The notes under the pieces: model-generated
What the model was told of the DNA's origin: nothing
Seen by the model: the letters and a program-made list of their open reading frames with translations, nothing else
Database searches by the model: none
DNA from: Planctomycetales bacterium
GTDB lineage: Bacteria > 4484-113 > JAFGCY01
Direction of reading: 5' to 3'
Assembly (NCBI GenBank): GCA_022646745.1
Contig: CP060262.1
Coordinates: 3,300,001-3,332,000, forward strand
DNA: 32,000 bases
Shown: piece after piece, positions 17,019 through 25,901 of the stretch
Layout of the letters: every line of letters starts with the position of its first letter
Position numbering within the stretch: position 1 is the first letter of the stretch
Program-made: the position numbers and the translations under genes

Positions 17019-17345
17019 TTACATGTAGTCCAAGTGCAAATCCAGCAAACAGCCAAACTGTTCCCGGTTCAGATATGACCGCTGCGGAAACAATCCCCCA
17101 TCAAAGGCGATGCGGAGAACCTGGTACGCTTCTTGCCTTTCCTCTATTGTTGCTCCACGATACTTGCCAACGAACAGTTGGTAGCAATTTGCGATCTGTG
17201 CTAACTTTTTAAGCTCTTCTGCAGGATTGGTTGGATTGAGTGAGCTTAGGACAATATCATCCCAGCATCTTAGCTCAACACCTTTGAGGATCTTGAGAAC
17301 TCGATTGACAGCTTGTTCAAACGATCTGTTCATCAGTTTTGACAA
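17019..17345 (-). CDS. hypothetical 108-aa protein downstream of the cysteine desulfurase
   Basis: The ORF is on the same strand, 16 nt after the desulfurase stop. It has a TTG start (alternative ATG 17333) and no clear SD. No family recognised. Confidence 0.4.
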   Translation of the reverse strand: MSKLMNRSFEQAVNRVLKILKGVELRCWDDIVLSSLNPTNPAEELKKLAQIANCYQLFVGKYRGATIEERQEAYQVLRIAFDGGLFPQRSYLNREQFGCLLDLHLDYM

Positions 17346-17361
17346 CGGTATATTGCCAACA

Positions 17362-18504
17362 TTATATCAATCGAGATTGCGGGACCGATAATCCCAAGTT
17401 CTCCTCGAACATGAACACATCATCAATCAATGTTGACCAACCAAAACTAATCCGCAGAGTCTCTTCCGAAGTCTTGCTATCTATCCCCATTGCTTCCAAC
17501 ACATGACTGACCTTGTTGTTGCAACCCGTACAAGCGCTTCCTAGTCCAACCGAGAATCCACTGCGATCCAGCTCCTTCTGCTTCCTGCGTGCTTTGATGC
17601 CAGGTATTGCAAAGCTGCAAATGTGAGGTGCACGATTTGCATCTATGCCGTGAATGACAATTTGCTGGTCTGATGAGAGGAGGGATGATTCGAATCCTGA
17701 TCGGATGGAATGTAAAAAGTCTGATTTCTCCAAATTCTCTTCTGCTAGCTCGAGAGCTGCAATCATGCCGGCGATTCCGGCAAGATTTTCCGTGCCTGCT
17801 CGGCAACCATGTTCCTGTGGTCCACCACAGATGAGGGATGGCAGGTTATGACCGCGCTGGATGAGCAGGCCGATTCCACGCGGTCCACCGAACTTATGCG
17901 CAGTGCAGGTCAGGAAGTCAATGTCAGGATTGCGTAATGTTTCACTGAAGCCGTTGCCAACGGACTGGACGGCATCACAGTGAACCAGGACTCCATGCTC
18001 ACGGCAGATTTGGGATATCTCCCCTACCGGCTGAACAACTCCGGTCTCATTGTTGACAGCCATCACGGAGACCAGATCAGGTCTATCAGATGTAATTAGC
18101 TTTTCCAGGAATTCCAGCTGAACCACACCGTTGCCATCCACCGGAATGATGGTCTGTCTGCCACCAAGTTGGGTCAGCCGCTCCGCTGCGAGCAACCCAG
18201 CCTTATGCTCCACGGCAGAAATGGCAACATGCACCGGCTTCTTCAGCAACAGAAGGCTACCGATGATCACATGGGAGTTGCCTTCACTGGCTCCACTATT
18301 GAACACAACGTCATTGCCCTTGCAGGCAAAGAATGTCGCAGCCCGGTCATGGAACTGTTCCAGTAGTCTGGCAGCCTTGAAGCCTTCAGCATGCTGGCTG
18401 GAGGGATTGCCCATCAGTGCGGAATCCTCCAGGAATGGCAACATCGCTTCCCTGGCTTCCTGACGCAGGGGCGTGGTGGCAGCGTGATCGAGGTAGATGC
18501 GCAT
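17362..18504 (-). CDS. class V aminotransferase, NifS/IscS-type cysteine desulfurase
   Basis: 380 aa. Starts MRIYLDHAATTP. PLP-lysine context TAHKFGGPRGIG. Catalytic Cys loop GLGSACTG followed by SHVLEAMG, and ETLRISFG near the C-terminus. Confidence 0.9.
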   Translation of the reverse strand: MRIYLDHAATTPLRQEAREAMLPFLEDSALMGNPSSQHAEGFKAARLLEQFHDRAATFFACKGNDVVFNSGASEGNSHVIIGSLLLLKKPVHVAISAVEHKAGLLAAERLTQLGGRQTIIPVDGNGVVQLEFLEKLITSDRPDLVSVMAVNNETGVVQPVGEISQICREHGVLVHCDAVQSVGNGFSETLRNPDIDFLTCTAHKFGGPRGIGLLIQRGHNLPSLICGGPQEHGCRAGTENLAGIAGMIAALELAEENLEKSDFLHSIRSGFESSLLSSDQQIVIHGIDANRAPHICSFAIPGIKARRKQKELDRSGFSVGLGSACTGCNNKVSHVLEAMGIDSKTSEETLRISFGWSTLIDDVFMFEENLGLSVPQSRLI

Positions 18505-18506
18505 AT

Positions 18507-19073
18507 TTACTCACTCGAACCAAACGGATCTGCGGGCTGTGGTACTCCCTGCCCCATGGATGGTCCAATATCCGGTGGGCCAGCTGGTCCCTGCATCCTG
18601 GGTGCGCCGTGATATGGCAGTCTAGGTTGCAGATCCATCAGTGGGTCGCGGTCCTGCTGCTTGCTGGGGTCCATGGCATCCGCTACCCTCATCGGATCAA
18701 CTACGTAACTCACCGAGAACTCTAGCATCTCGCCATATGCCGGACGCGGCCACTTGTCCTCATCTCCATCCAGTCCAGGTGGGATCAGGGGCTGGTCGAT
18801 GTCTTCCAGCTGCTTGAAGACCTGCCTGAGTCCAGCACTCCACAGTTCGTTGAATGCCTTACCCGTCACCTGCCGGTAGTGCGCTGCCAGCACGCGCTTG
18901 AGCGGAGCTTTTCCCTTGCGAAAGCCTGGCACGTCCTTGTCCTTGCGCACGTCGGTTGCCGCCTTATTGAGGGCAAAGTCCACGTCATACGCCCCGACCC
19001 GCAGGTGCAGAATCCGGCTGGACACCCCAAGCCGCTCCAATCTGAACTGCAGTTCGTTGATCTGCATAGCCAC
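18507..19073 (-). CDS. stand-alone trigger-factor N-terminal-domain-like protein with Pro/Gly-rich tail
   Basis: 188 aa. It contains the TF ribosome-binding signature GFRKGKAP in a context alignable to the E. coli Tig N-domain (..VPGFRKGKAPLKRVLAAHYRQV..; ..MLEFSVSYVVDP). The C-terminal ~60 aa are low-complexity P/G/Q. The stop is 2 nt before the desulfurase ATG. The start is GTG 19073 or ATG 19067. Confidence 0.55.
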   Translation of the reverse strand: MAMQINELQFRLERLGVSSRILHLRVGAYDVDFALNKAATDVRKDKDVPGFRKGKAPLKRVLAAHYRQVTGKAFNELWSAGLRQVFKQLEDIDQPLIPPGLDGDEDKWPRPAYGEMLEFSVSYVVDPMRVADAMDPSKQQDRDPLMDLQPRLPYHGAPRMQGPAGPPDIGPSMGQGVPQPADPFGSSE

Positions 19074-19302
19074 CTCTGACTAACTTATATAGAGCAGTAT
19101 AACGGGAATGTTACAAAGATTTGGGGATTTTTTAGGAAATCCATTGACACTGAGATTTACTTCGGGTAAAAACTTTCTGCTGAGCAGGTTGCCAAGAAGA
19201 GGCACTGGTTAAGCAGGGGCTTTTTGTTGACAACGGAGTCTGTGGAGAAGACACAGCTTCGGCGGGTTTTCTTGATATGCGCACGAGGCGCTTTAGGCAG
19301 AG

Positions 19303-22300
19303 ATGGCTAATTCGGGGATTGGAATCAAGTCATGGAGGAACTACCACTCCAGCTCACTTTTTTCGGGACAGCGTGCTGACAGGAATACACGGATCTCGAT
19401 TGACACCTATTCCGGCAACCTCAATGTCACTGCCATCGACTGGAACGTTGCTGCCCGCCTGCCTATCTCCATCTCCCGTTCATACAACCATCAGGACAAC
19501 ACCGCCAACCTCGACCGGCCCTTCGGACCTGGCTGGAGCTGGTCATATGACCAGAACCTGTATGGCAGCCTTTCCGGTGGCAGTGGGACTGTCACTTGGA
19601 AAGACGGCTCAGGCAATGAGTGGGAGTTTTCATATGCTTCCACATCCGGTGGCAAGGATCACTACACCTCTCCGGCTGGCATGCACAAGTACGTACTGTC
19701 CCGCGATACTACCAGCGGCGACTTCACGATCAAGATGCTGACCATGGAATGGTCCTTCGTCGTGAACAGCACAGACAGCCTCGCCCGCCTGATGTACATC
19801 CGTGACGCCTTTGGCAATGGCCAGGAGATAGACCGCTCCCTGGATGGCAACTCCGAACCGGAGATGACCATCAACAACATCCAGATCCGTTACCACAACG
19901 GCTCCAGCTGGACCACGCAGGATACCATCACGCCGACTTATGGCAGTGGCCTGATCACCAGGCTGGATGTCAAGTACTGGAACGAGTCCGGATCGACCAC
20001 CAGCACTGCATACAAGATCTACTACTCATACACGAGCATTGATTCCGCAGACCGATTGACCAAGGTAGAGCCCAAGGATTCGTCCGATACGGCCCTCAAC
20101 ATGGAAGTGGAGTACGACTACAACTCCTCCGACGGGCTGGAGATGACGAAGATCTACGACACGGAAGGCAGCAAAGCGGGAACGCCATACTACTGGAGTG
20201 TCAGCTACACCAGTGACAAGGTGACCAGCCTGGTGTTCCCGATTGAAAGTGGAACCACAGGCACCATAGGATTCGACTACTCCCCGACTGCCCCTACCGG
20301 CTGGCCTGGTAGTGGCGCGCTGACCGAAGTGACGGACGCCCGCAGCAACTCCTGGTGGTATGACCATGACACCAGTGGTAGGGTGACATATCAGGCGGAC
20401 CCACTGTGGACTGACACCACACATGAAAGTGAGATCATCACTACCTGGAATTCTGACAATCAGGTAACTGAAGTTGACACCCCCAAGCCCAACAACCTGT
20501 CCGGCCGAATCTCATCCAAGAATTTCTACAACTCGGACAAAAATCTAGAAGTAACACAGGACCAGTACGGCTTCTTGAGATTCTACAAATACGGCAGCCG
20601 CGCCAGTTACGCCACATCCGGCACCGATGCCACCGTTGACGACATCATCGGGATCTTCACCACGATGCCCAACCAGAAAGCATATGCCGACGGGGATTAC
20701 ACATCCAGTGAGACCACCGCACCGTCCAGCCCAGATATTGGTGATGTGAGCTGGGACAACACCAATGGCTACTGGTACTACACGGATGCGGCTGGTTCTC
20801 CCAACACCATCAAGCTGGTTCGGACTGTCAAAGACCCGACCTTTGCCACAGGTACCGGCCAGCTGACTGAGATGTTGTCCTGTTCGCCGGAGAATTTCGG
20901 CGACGGCGGAAACCCGCCAACCTATTCGTTGACCTCATCCTCCGCCTGCAGCAAGCAGGAGTACAATTCCACAACTGGTGACCTGTCCAAGAGCTACACT
21001 CCCCGCCAGTTCCAGGATTCCAGCCTCAAATGGACTGCATTTACGTTTGACCAGCGGTACGGCGTAATGACGGAACAGGAGAATGCGGACAGTCTGGCTG
21101 CTACCGCCAACAAGAAAACCAAGTACACATACAACGACACCCGGACAAAGCAGACAAAGGTGGAGTTGCCGGAAGACAACACGAATCAATGGACTGTGAC
21201 TGTCTATGATGACCGTGAGTTCATTGTCGGAACTCAGAAGCCGGACATCCAGAGCTGGAGTGTCAACCCGCAGGTAGATGTACTGGAGTACGACTACAAT
21301 GGCAACCTGGAGAAGGTCTACCAGGCGGACCCAGTTGCAACCGGCACCAGATGGGATGGAAATACAGCCAATGGCTACTACCACCTGAACACCTTCTACT
21401 ATGACCGCATTAACCGGCAGATCCAGAGCGATGTCCGTGTGGACTGGACTCAGACGGCTTCCGTGGATACTCTGTCAACGTACTACCTCTTTGACGCCAA
21501 CGGCAACCTTGAGCGCGTCAAGGGACCGCAGTACGATGACGGCGGAACTGATTACTACAGCTATACCTTCAGGACATACGACGAGTTGAACCGTGCCGAC
21601 AAGAGCTACCTGACGGAAGCCAGCACCAACTCCAACCTGACCTCACCAAGCGGTGCATATTCCGTGAACACTTACAGTGTCGGCGGTAACGTGGTGAATG
21701 TGACAGATCCCCGCGGTAATGCAACAATTCTGCTGAGTGACTTCCGCGGAGCTGGAGTACAGACCAGCAGGAACTACACGGGTCCCAGCGGCAGTGCCAC
21801 ACAGACCACAAAGCAGCATTTCGGAGCCAATGGCCAGCTGTACTGGAGCCAGAATGGTGAGGGATACAAGATGTACCCCCAGTATGATGATGACAGCCGC
21901 CGGGTATATAACCGGCGCGGTTCTGACACAGGAGACACAGACGAAATTGCATACGATGCCAACAGCAACCAGCTGTACTACTACACCTACCAGGATGTCG
22001 ATGACAGCAAGATCTACCGGGCAAGAAATAAGTACGACTTGATGGATCGGATGGTCAACTCGGGTCGGGAGCAATACACGGGTGGAAGCTGGCAGAACTG
22101 GAACGAGAACACTGCGGATACCACCTTCAACTACAACGGCTGGGTGATCAGGACATACGACAAGGTCAACTCCAGCAAGTATACGGAATCCGTCTATGAC
22201 AACTGGGGCCAGACCACCAAGGTCAAGGCCCCGGAAGTCGCCAACCCGTCCGGGATGGGCACCATCGTATATGAGACTGAAAACACATATGACGTGCTGG

Positions 22301-25300
22301 GTCGCCGCACAAGCATGGATGACCACATGGACAACACGACCAGTTACACCTTTGATGTGCTGGGCCGTGTGATCGAAGTCACGGATGCGGAAAGCTATGA
22401 TGTAAGCACAAAGTATGATGAGCGCGGTATGAAGGCCCAGGTCACCGTGCCTGCCGGTGCCGTGTACAAGTACACATATGATGCACAGGCACGCCTTTCC
22501 CGCCAGCGGGTAACGGCGGACTCCACTGACCGTGACACTGACTACACATATGACAACAACAGCAATGTCACCCAGGTGGATTATCCTGGAGGAGGAATCC
22601 AGAAGAAGTCCTATGATGAACTAAACAGGGCAGTGAAGGAACAGCAACTGCTTTCCGGCACTGACTATCTCGACAAAGACATTGAATACGACGACAACAA
22701 CCGGATGACGAAGCTGACGAATCCGGGGGGATATGAGACGGATTACACATATGACAACCTTGGCAACCTTACACAGATCACCGATCCCAACAGTGACGAC
22801 ACCGATTTCACGTATGACCTTGACAACCGCCGGCTGACCACCACCGGGATGACCGGGCTTGTGATCACCAACACCTACGACTGGAAGATAAGGTCAGCGG
22901 ACAGCATCACATACAAGCTCTCGGCATCCTCCGGTGACGACATCGCCGTCAACTACACGTTCGACGACAATGGACGGATCACGGGGACAGAGGATGGCCG
23001 GGGCAATGACTGGACCAAGGCCTTTGACGCGATGGGTCGCTGCACCAGCCTGACAACACCGAATCCCGGCAGTGGGACATACACATGGACCAAGACCTAT
23101 GACGGGAACAGCAGCATCACGAAGACCGAAGACTTCGCCGGAAACATCCTCTATTACCAGTATGACGGCCTCAGCCGCATGACGGGCTACGGCGAGGACA
23201 GCAATGCCGATGATGTCACATACACATACGCATGCTGCGGCAACGTCACAGCTTATACGGATGCCCAGGGTACTGCCAGCATCAGTCATGACGATCTCGG
23301 CAGGGTTACGAGCTACACGAACAGCCAGGGCAACCAGGTTCAGTACGCATACGATACGGCTGGCCGGATCTCGAGGGTGACCGGTCCGCGGGGTTCAACG
23401 TACCGGACGGATTACACATACAACAAGAACGGCTCGGTTGCGCAGGTTGATGTGTATGCCGGGGGCTCGGCGGAGTCGACGACATACACCTATGACACGA
23501 GCTCAGGTGAACTGACGCAGCGCAACTTCCCGACGGTATCCTCAGCCAACATCAGATCGACATACAGCTACGACAGTGCAGGCAAGCTGCAGTATGAGAC
23601 GCTGACCAAGGAGACGGGATCGACGACCAACATGTACCGGACGGTCTACTCCTCATCCGCGCTGACCTATGGGAACCAGGTTGTCCGTACGGAGCAGCAG
23701 TACCAGCTCGGAACATGGCTGGACCAATCGCGTGTCACATACAAGTGGGACACCATGAAGCGCCAGACTTATGAGGAGCGCGAGGATTACCACCTGGGAT
23801 CGTGGTCGAACCGCTATGACATCAGCCAGGAGTATGACAAGAACGGCAACCGCACGCGGATGCACCGCAATGTGGCCAGCGGGTTCACTTCCAGCTACGG
23901 CCAGGCGATGGACCTGAGCTACACCATGAACGCGGTGAATGCGATGACCCAGATCACGGATGCGGATGATGCGAACTACAATGCGGACGTGACCTGTGAT
24001 GCGAACAACAACATCACGGAGATTGACGAGTCAATTGACAACAACGGTTATGTGAACCACCTGTACAGCTACTTCGACGTGAACAAGTACAACCAGCTCA
24101 CCGCGCAGAGGGACAAGAAATACGTCGCGTCCTCCGGCAAGTGGCAGTGGACCAAGCGCAGCCACAGCTACAACGGGCCCGGCTCGCTCGTGGCAAGCAA
24201 CTACAAGCAGTGGTATGATGGCGACAGCGAACCGGCCGGCAGTGACCTGGAACATGTGTACGAGAGAGGTAAAATGCTGCAGAACTTCGATGGCAGCAGC
24301 ACATATGGAACGGAATGGCGCTGGGCAGGCAGCCTCAATGCTTGGCAGGCAGCTCTGCGCAGCCCGAACGCCGACTCTTCCTCACAGAACGGATACAACC
24401 TGAGCAACAATGCCACGCCGCAGCGGCGAAGCTTCCTCAGTCCCACGTCCGAGGGAGACCAGCGCCACCTATATGGGCAGGGCAAACCCCAGGCCAAGGA
24501 CAGCACCGGCGGAGGTGCAAACTGGTATTTGGGAGTATCCAGTGAACCGACAACGGCCAATCATGCAACCGTGGAATCCAGGCTGTTCTTCCAGGGAACT
24601 GTGACCGCCACGGACATGAGCCGTGCCACAGATGCCCGCGAAGATGGCAGGATCGGAATCACCGGGTCCTCCCAGGCATATGCCGGCAGCTACGGCAGAG
24701 TAACTAGCGAGCCCCTAGGCCGGGATATAAATCCGATGGGCCGTGGTGATGGCAAGGCCTATGTCGGCGGAGCGTTGTCTATGGGTTGGCTGTATCCGGC
24801 AATGCCCATGAATCATGCTCAGTCAGGCAGCGGCTTCAGCTCCAACAACAGCGGTGGCATTGGACTCGGTGGCGGAGGGGGCGGTGGTTGCATGGAGCCA
24901 CCGGAAGGCTATAACAATCAAGGTTGTCAGTTATGTGACCATTACACTAATGAGTGTCACTACATGCCCAATATCTGGCCGCCAAAGGAACCTTGCCCAG
25001 GTTGCACTGCAGAGGAGTGGAACACAGATCCATGTGGATGCAAACGCAAAGTTTGCAGCTGTACTTGCAAAGGTTGCAACGGGGCAAACTGCAAGGTTCC
25101 GGACAATTGTGGTTTGTATGTGCGCTTAGGATGTGGGGAATCAGCAGGAAATTGCATTCCTTCATATTGGGCAGGCAATGGCTGGGAATGCATCTCTAAT
25201 CCGAATCCTTGCGATACTGGCAACGGCACGCCACAGTGTCCTGGTTGTGGAACGGCAAACTGGGGGCCGAATGGACCTGGCGCGGGGAACAAGGGTAATT

Positions 25301-25863
25301 GCGAACATCCAGAATTCTCTTGCTGGGACGACCCTCCATGTAATTGCAAGGCCTATGAGATTCCATCGGGGAAACTGTCTTCTACAAGAGACTACTGCCT
25401 CTGGGCTGCCATGATTACATTTTGCCCGCAAACAGCGAATAGGGTAGGAATTGGCTATTTAGCCCGAGTATTGCGTTGTATCATCTGGGGCGAAACACAA
25501 GATAATCCACGACCTAACGACAAGGGCGACAGTAGCTCGAGAGGGCTATTTCAGGTTATTAAAAAGTGGTGCGATAATGGGGAGTGTACATATGCCTGGT
25601 CAAAGGTGAAACGATTGCTTCCAAGTAATGTCCTTTCAGATCCGAATTGTAAATATGACGACACTTCCAAATGTCACGATATGCACAACGATTGTGATTG
25701 CTTTAACATAGCATGTGGTGTTCATTTGTTTTGTAATTTTGGATTTGACGGAAACCTTAATACAAATCCGAACAACGATGTTTGTACTGCTAAGGGTACA
25801 TATACGTCTATGAATGCAAGAAACTATAATTGCTGCGTGTGTAACATGAGCAAATGGACTTAA
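19303..25863 (+). CDS. RHS/YD-repeat polymorphic toxin with Cys-rich, SLT-like C-terminal module
   Basis: 2186 aa. RHS-type N-terminal region (..GNLNVTAIDWNVAARLPISISRSYN). Dozens of YD repeats (e.g. YTYDNLGNLTQITDPNSDDTDFTYDLDNRRLT). Poly-Gly at 24868-24888, then a 324-aa tail with about 39 Cys. That tail carries GETQDNP...SSRGLFQV...NIACGVHLF, resembling the SLT/VirB1 ES..GLMQ..NI.G motifs. Confidence 0.9.
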   Translation: MANSGIGIKSWRNYHSSSLFSGQRADRNTRISIDTYSGNLNVTAIDWNVAARLPISISRSYNHQDNTANLDRPFGPGWSWSYDQNLYGSLSGGSGTVTWKDGSGNEWEFSYASTSGGKDHYTSPAGMHKYVLSRDTTSGDFTIKMLTMEWSFVVNSTDSLARLMYIRDAFGNGQEIDRSLDGNSEPEMTINNIQIRYHNGSSWTTQDTITPTYGSGLITRLDVKYWNESGSTTSTAYKIYYSYTSIDSADRLTKVEPKDSSDTALNMEVEYDYNSSDGLEMTKIYDTEGSKAGTPYYWSVSYTSDKVTSLVFPIESGTTGTIGFDYSPTAPTGWPGSGALTEVTDARSNSWWYDHDTSGRVTYQADPLWTDTTHESEIITTWNSDNQVTEVDTPKPNNLSGRISSKNFYNSDKNLEVTQDQYGFLRFYKYGSRASYATSGTDATVDDIIGIFTTMPNQKAYADGDYTSSETTAPSSPDIGDVSWDNTNGYWYYTDAAGSPNTIKLVRTVKDPTFATGTGQLTEMLSCSPENFGDGGNPPTYSLTSSSACSKQEYNSTTGDLSKSYTPRQFQDSSLKWTAFTFDQRYGVMTEQENADSLAATANKKTKYTYNDTRTKQTKVELPEDNTNQWTVTVYDDREFIVGTQKPDIQSWSVNPQVDVLEYDYNGNLEKVYQADPVATGTRWDGNTANGYYHLNTFYYDRINRQIQSDVRVDWTQTASVDTLSTYYLFDANGNLERVKGPQYDDGGTDYYSYTFRTYDELNRADKSYLTEASTNSNLTSPSGAYSVNTYSVGGNVVNVTDPRGNATILLSDFRGAGVQTSRNYTGPSGSATQTTKQHFGANGQLYWSQNGEGYKMYPQYDDDSRRVYNRRGSDTGDTDEIAYDANSNQLYYYTYQDVDDSKIYRARNKYDLMDRMVNSGREQYTGGSWQNWNENTADTTFNYNGWVIRTYDKVNSSKYTESVYDNWGQTTKVKAPEVANPSGMGTIVYETENTYDVLGRRTSMDDHMDNTTSYTFDVLGRVIEVTDAESYDVSTKYDERGMKAQVTVPAGAVYKYTYDAQARLSRQRVTADSTDRDTDYTYDNNSNVTQVDYPGGGIQKKSYDELNRAVKEQQLLSGTDYLDKDIEYDDNNRMTKLTNPGGYETDYTYDNLGNLTQITDPNSDDTDFTYDLDNRRLTTTGMTGLVITNTYDWKIRSADSITYKLSASSGDDIAVNYTFDDNGRITGTEDGRGNDWTKAFDAMGRCTSLTTPNPGSGTYTWTKTYDGNSSITKTEDFAGNILYYQYDGLSRMTGYGEDSNADDVTYTYACCGNVTAYTDAQGTASISHDDLGRVTSYTNSQGNQVQYAYDTAGRISRVTGPRGSTYRTDYTYNKNGSVAQVDVYAGGSAESTTYTYDTSSGELTQRNFPTVSSANIRSTYSYDSAGKLQYETLTKETGSTTNMYRTVYSSSALTYGNQVVRTEQQYQLGTWLDQSRVTYKWDTMKRQTYEEREDYHLGSWSNRYDISQEYDKNGNRTRMHRNVASGFTSSYGQAMDLSYTMNAVNAMTQITDADDANYNADVTCDANNNITEIDESIDNNGYVNHLYSYFDVNKYNQLTAQRDKKYVASSGKWQWTKRSHSYNGPGSLVASNYKQWYDGDSEPAGSDLEHVYERGKMLQNFDGSSTYGTEWRWAGSLNAWQAALRSPNADSSSQNGYNLSNNATPQRRSFLSPTSEGDQRHLYGQGKPQAKDSTGGGANWYLGVSSEPTTANHATVESRLFFQGTVTATDMSRATDAREDGRIGITGSSQAYAGSYGRVTSEPLGRDINPMGRGDGKAYVGGALSMGWLYPAMPMNHAQSGSGFSSNNSGGIGLGGGGGGGCMEPPEGYNNQGCQLCDHYTNECHYMPNIWPPKEPCPGCTAEEWNTDPCGCKRKVCSCTCKGCNGANCKVPDNCGLYVRLGCGESAGNCIPSYWAGNGWECISNPNPCDTGNGTPQCPGCGTANWGPNGPGAGNKGNCEHPEFSCWDDPPCNCKAYEIPSGKLSSTRDYCLWAAMITFCPQTANRVGIGYLARVLRCIIWGETQDNPRPNDKGDSSSRGLFQVIKKWCDNGECTYAWSKVKRLLPSNVLSDPNCKYDDTSKCHDMHNDCDCFNIACGVHLFCNFGFDGNLNTNPNNDVCTAKGTYTSMNARNYNCCVCNMSKWT

Positions 25864-25901
25864 ACGTGATTATCATTGTTCAAATCAGTCCATCATGTTT
25901 C

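Noticed and set aside
17668-17675. CTGATGAG (hammerhead core-like) on the plus strand; also CTGATGAA at about 13413
   Set aside because: There is no adjacent stem II hairpin followed by GAAA, and no stem I/III partners. Both lie inside well-supported coding sequence.
17362-18504. Cysteine desulfurase as DndA/SspA of a DNA phosphorothioation defence system
   Set aside because: No dndBCDE, sspBCD or dptFGH/sspE-like genes are in the window. The motifs fit any NifS/IscS. The idea is kept only as a possibility to test genome-wide.
22725-22730. G6 homopolymer in the RHS gene as a possible phase-variation tract
   Set aside because: It is too short for efficient slipped-strand switching, and it simply encodes Pro-Gly-Gly within a YD repeat.
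19630-24560. Many minus-strand and off-frame ORFs inside the RHS gene (e.g. 21643-22326, 21569-22024, 20026-20424, 22894-23289)
   Set aside because: All are embedded in a 6.5-kb frame with continuous YD repeats. The shadow ORFs are Cys/Arg/Val/His-rich low-complexity mirror images of the repeat codons.
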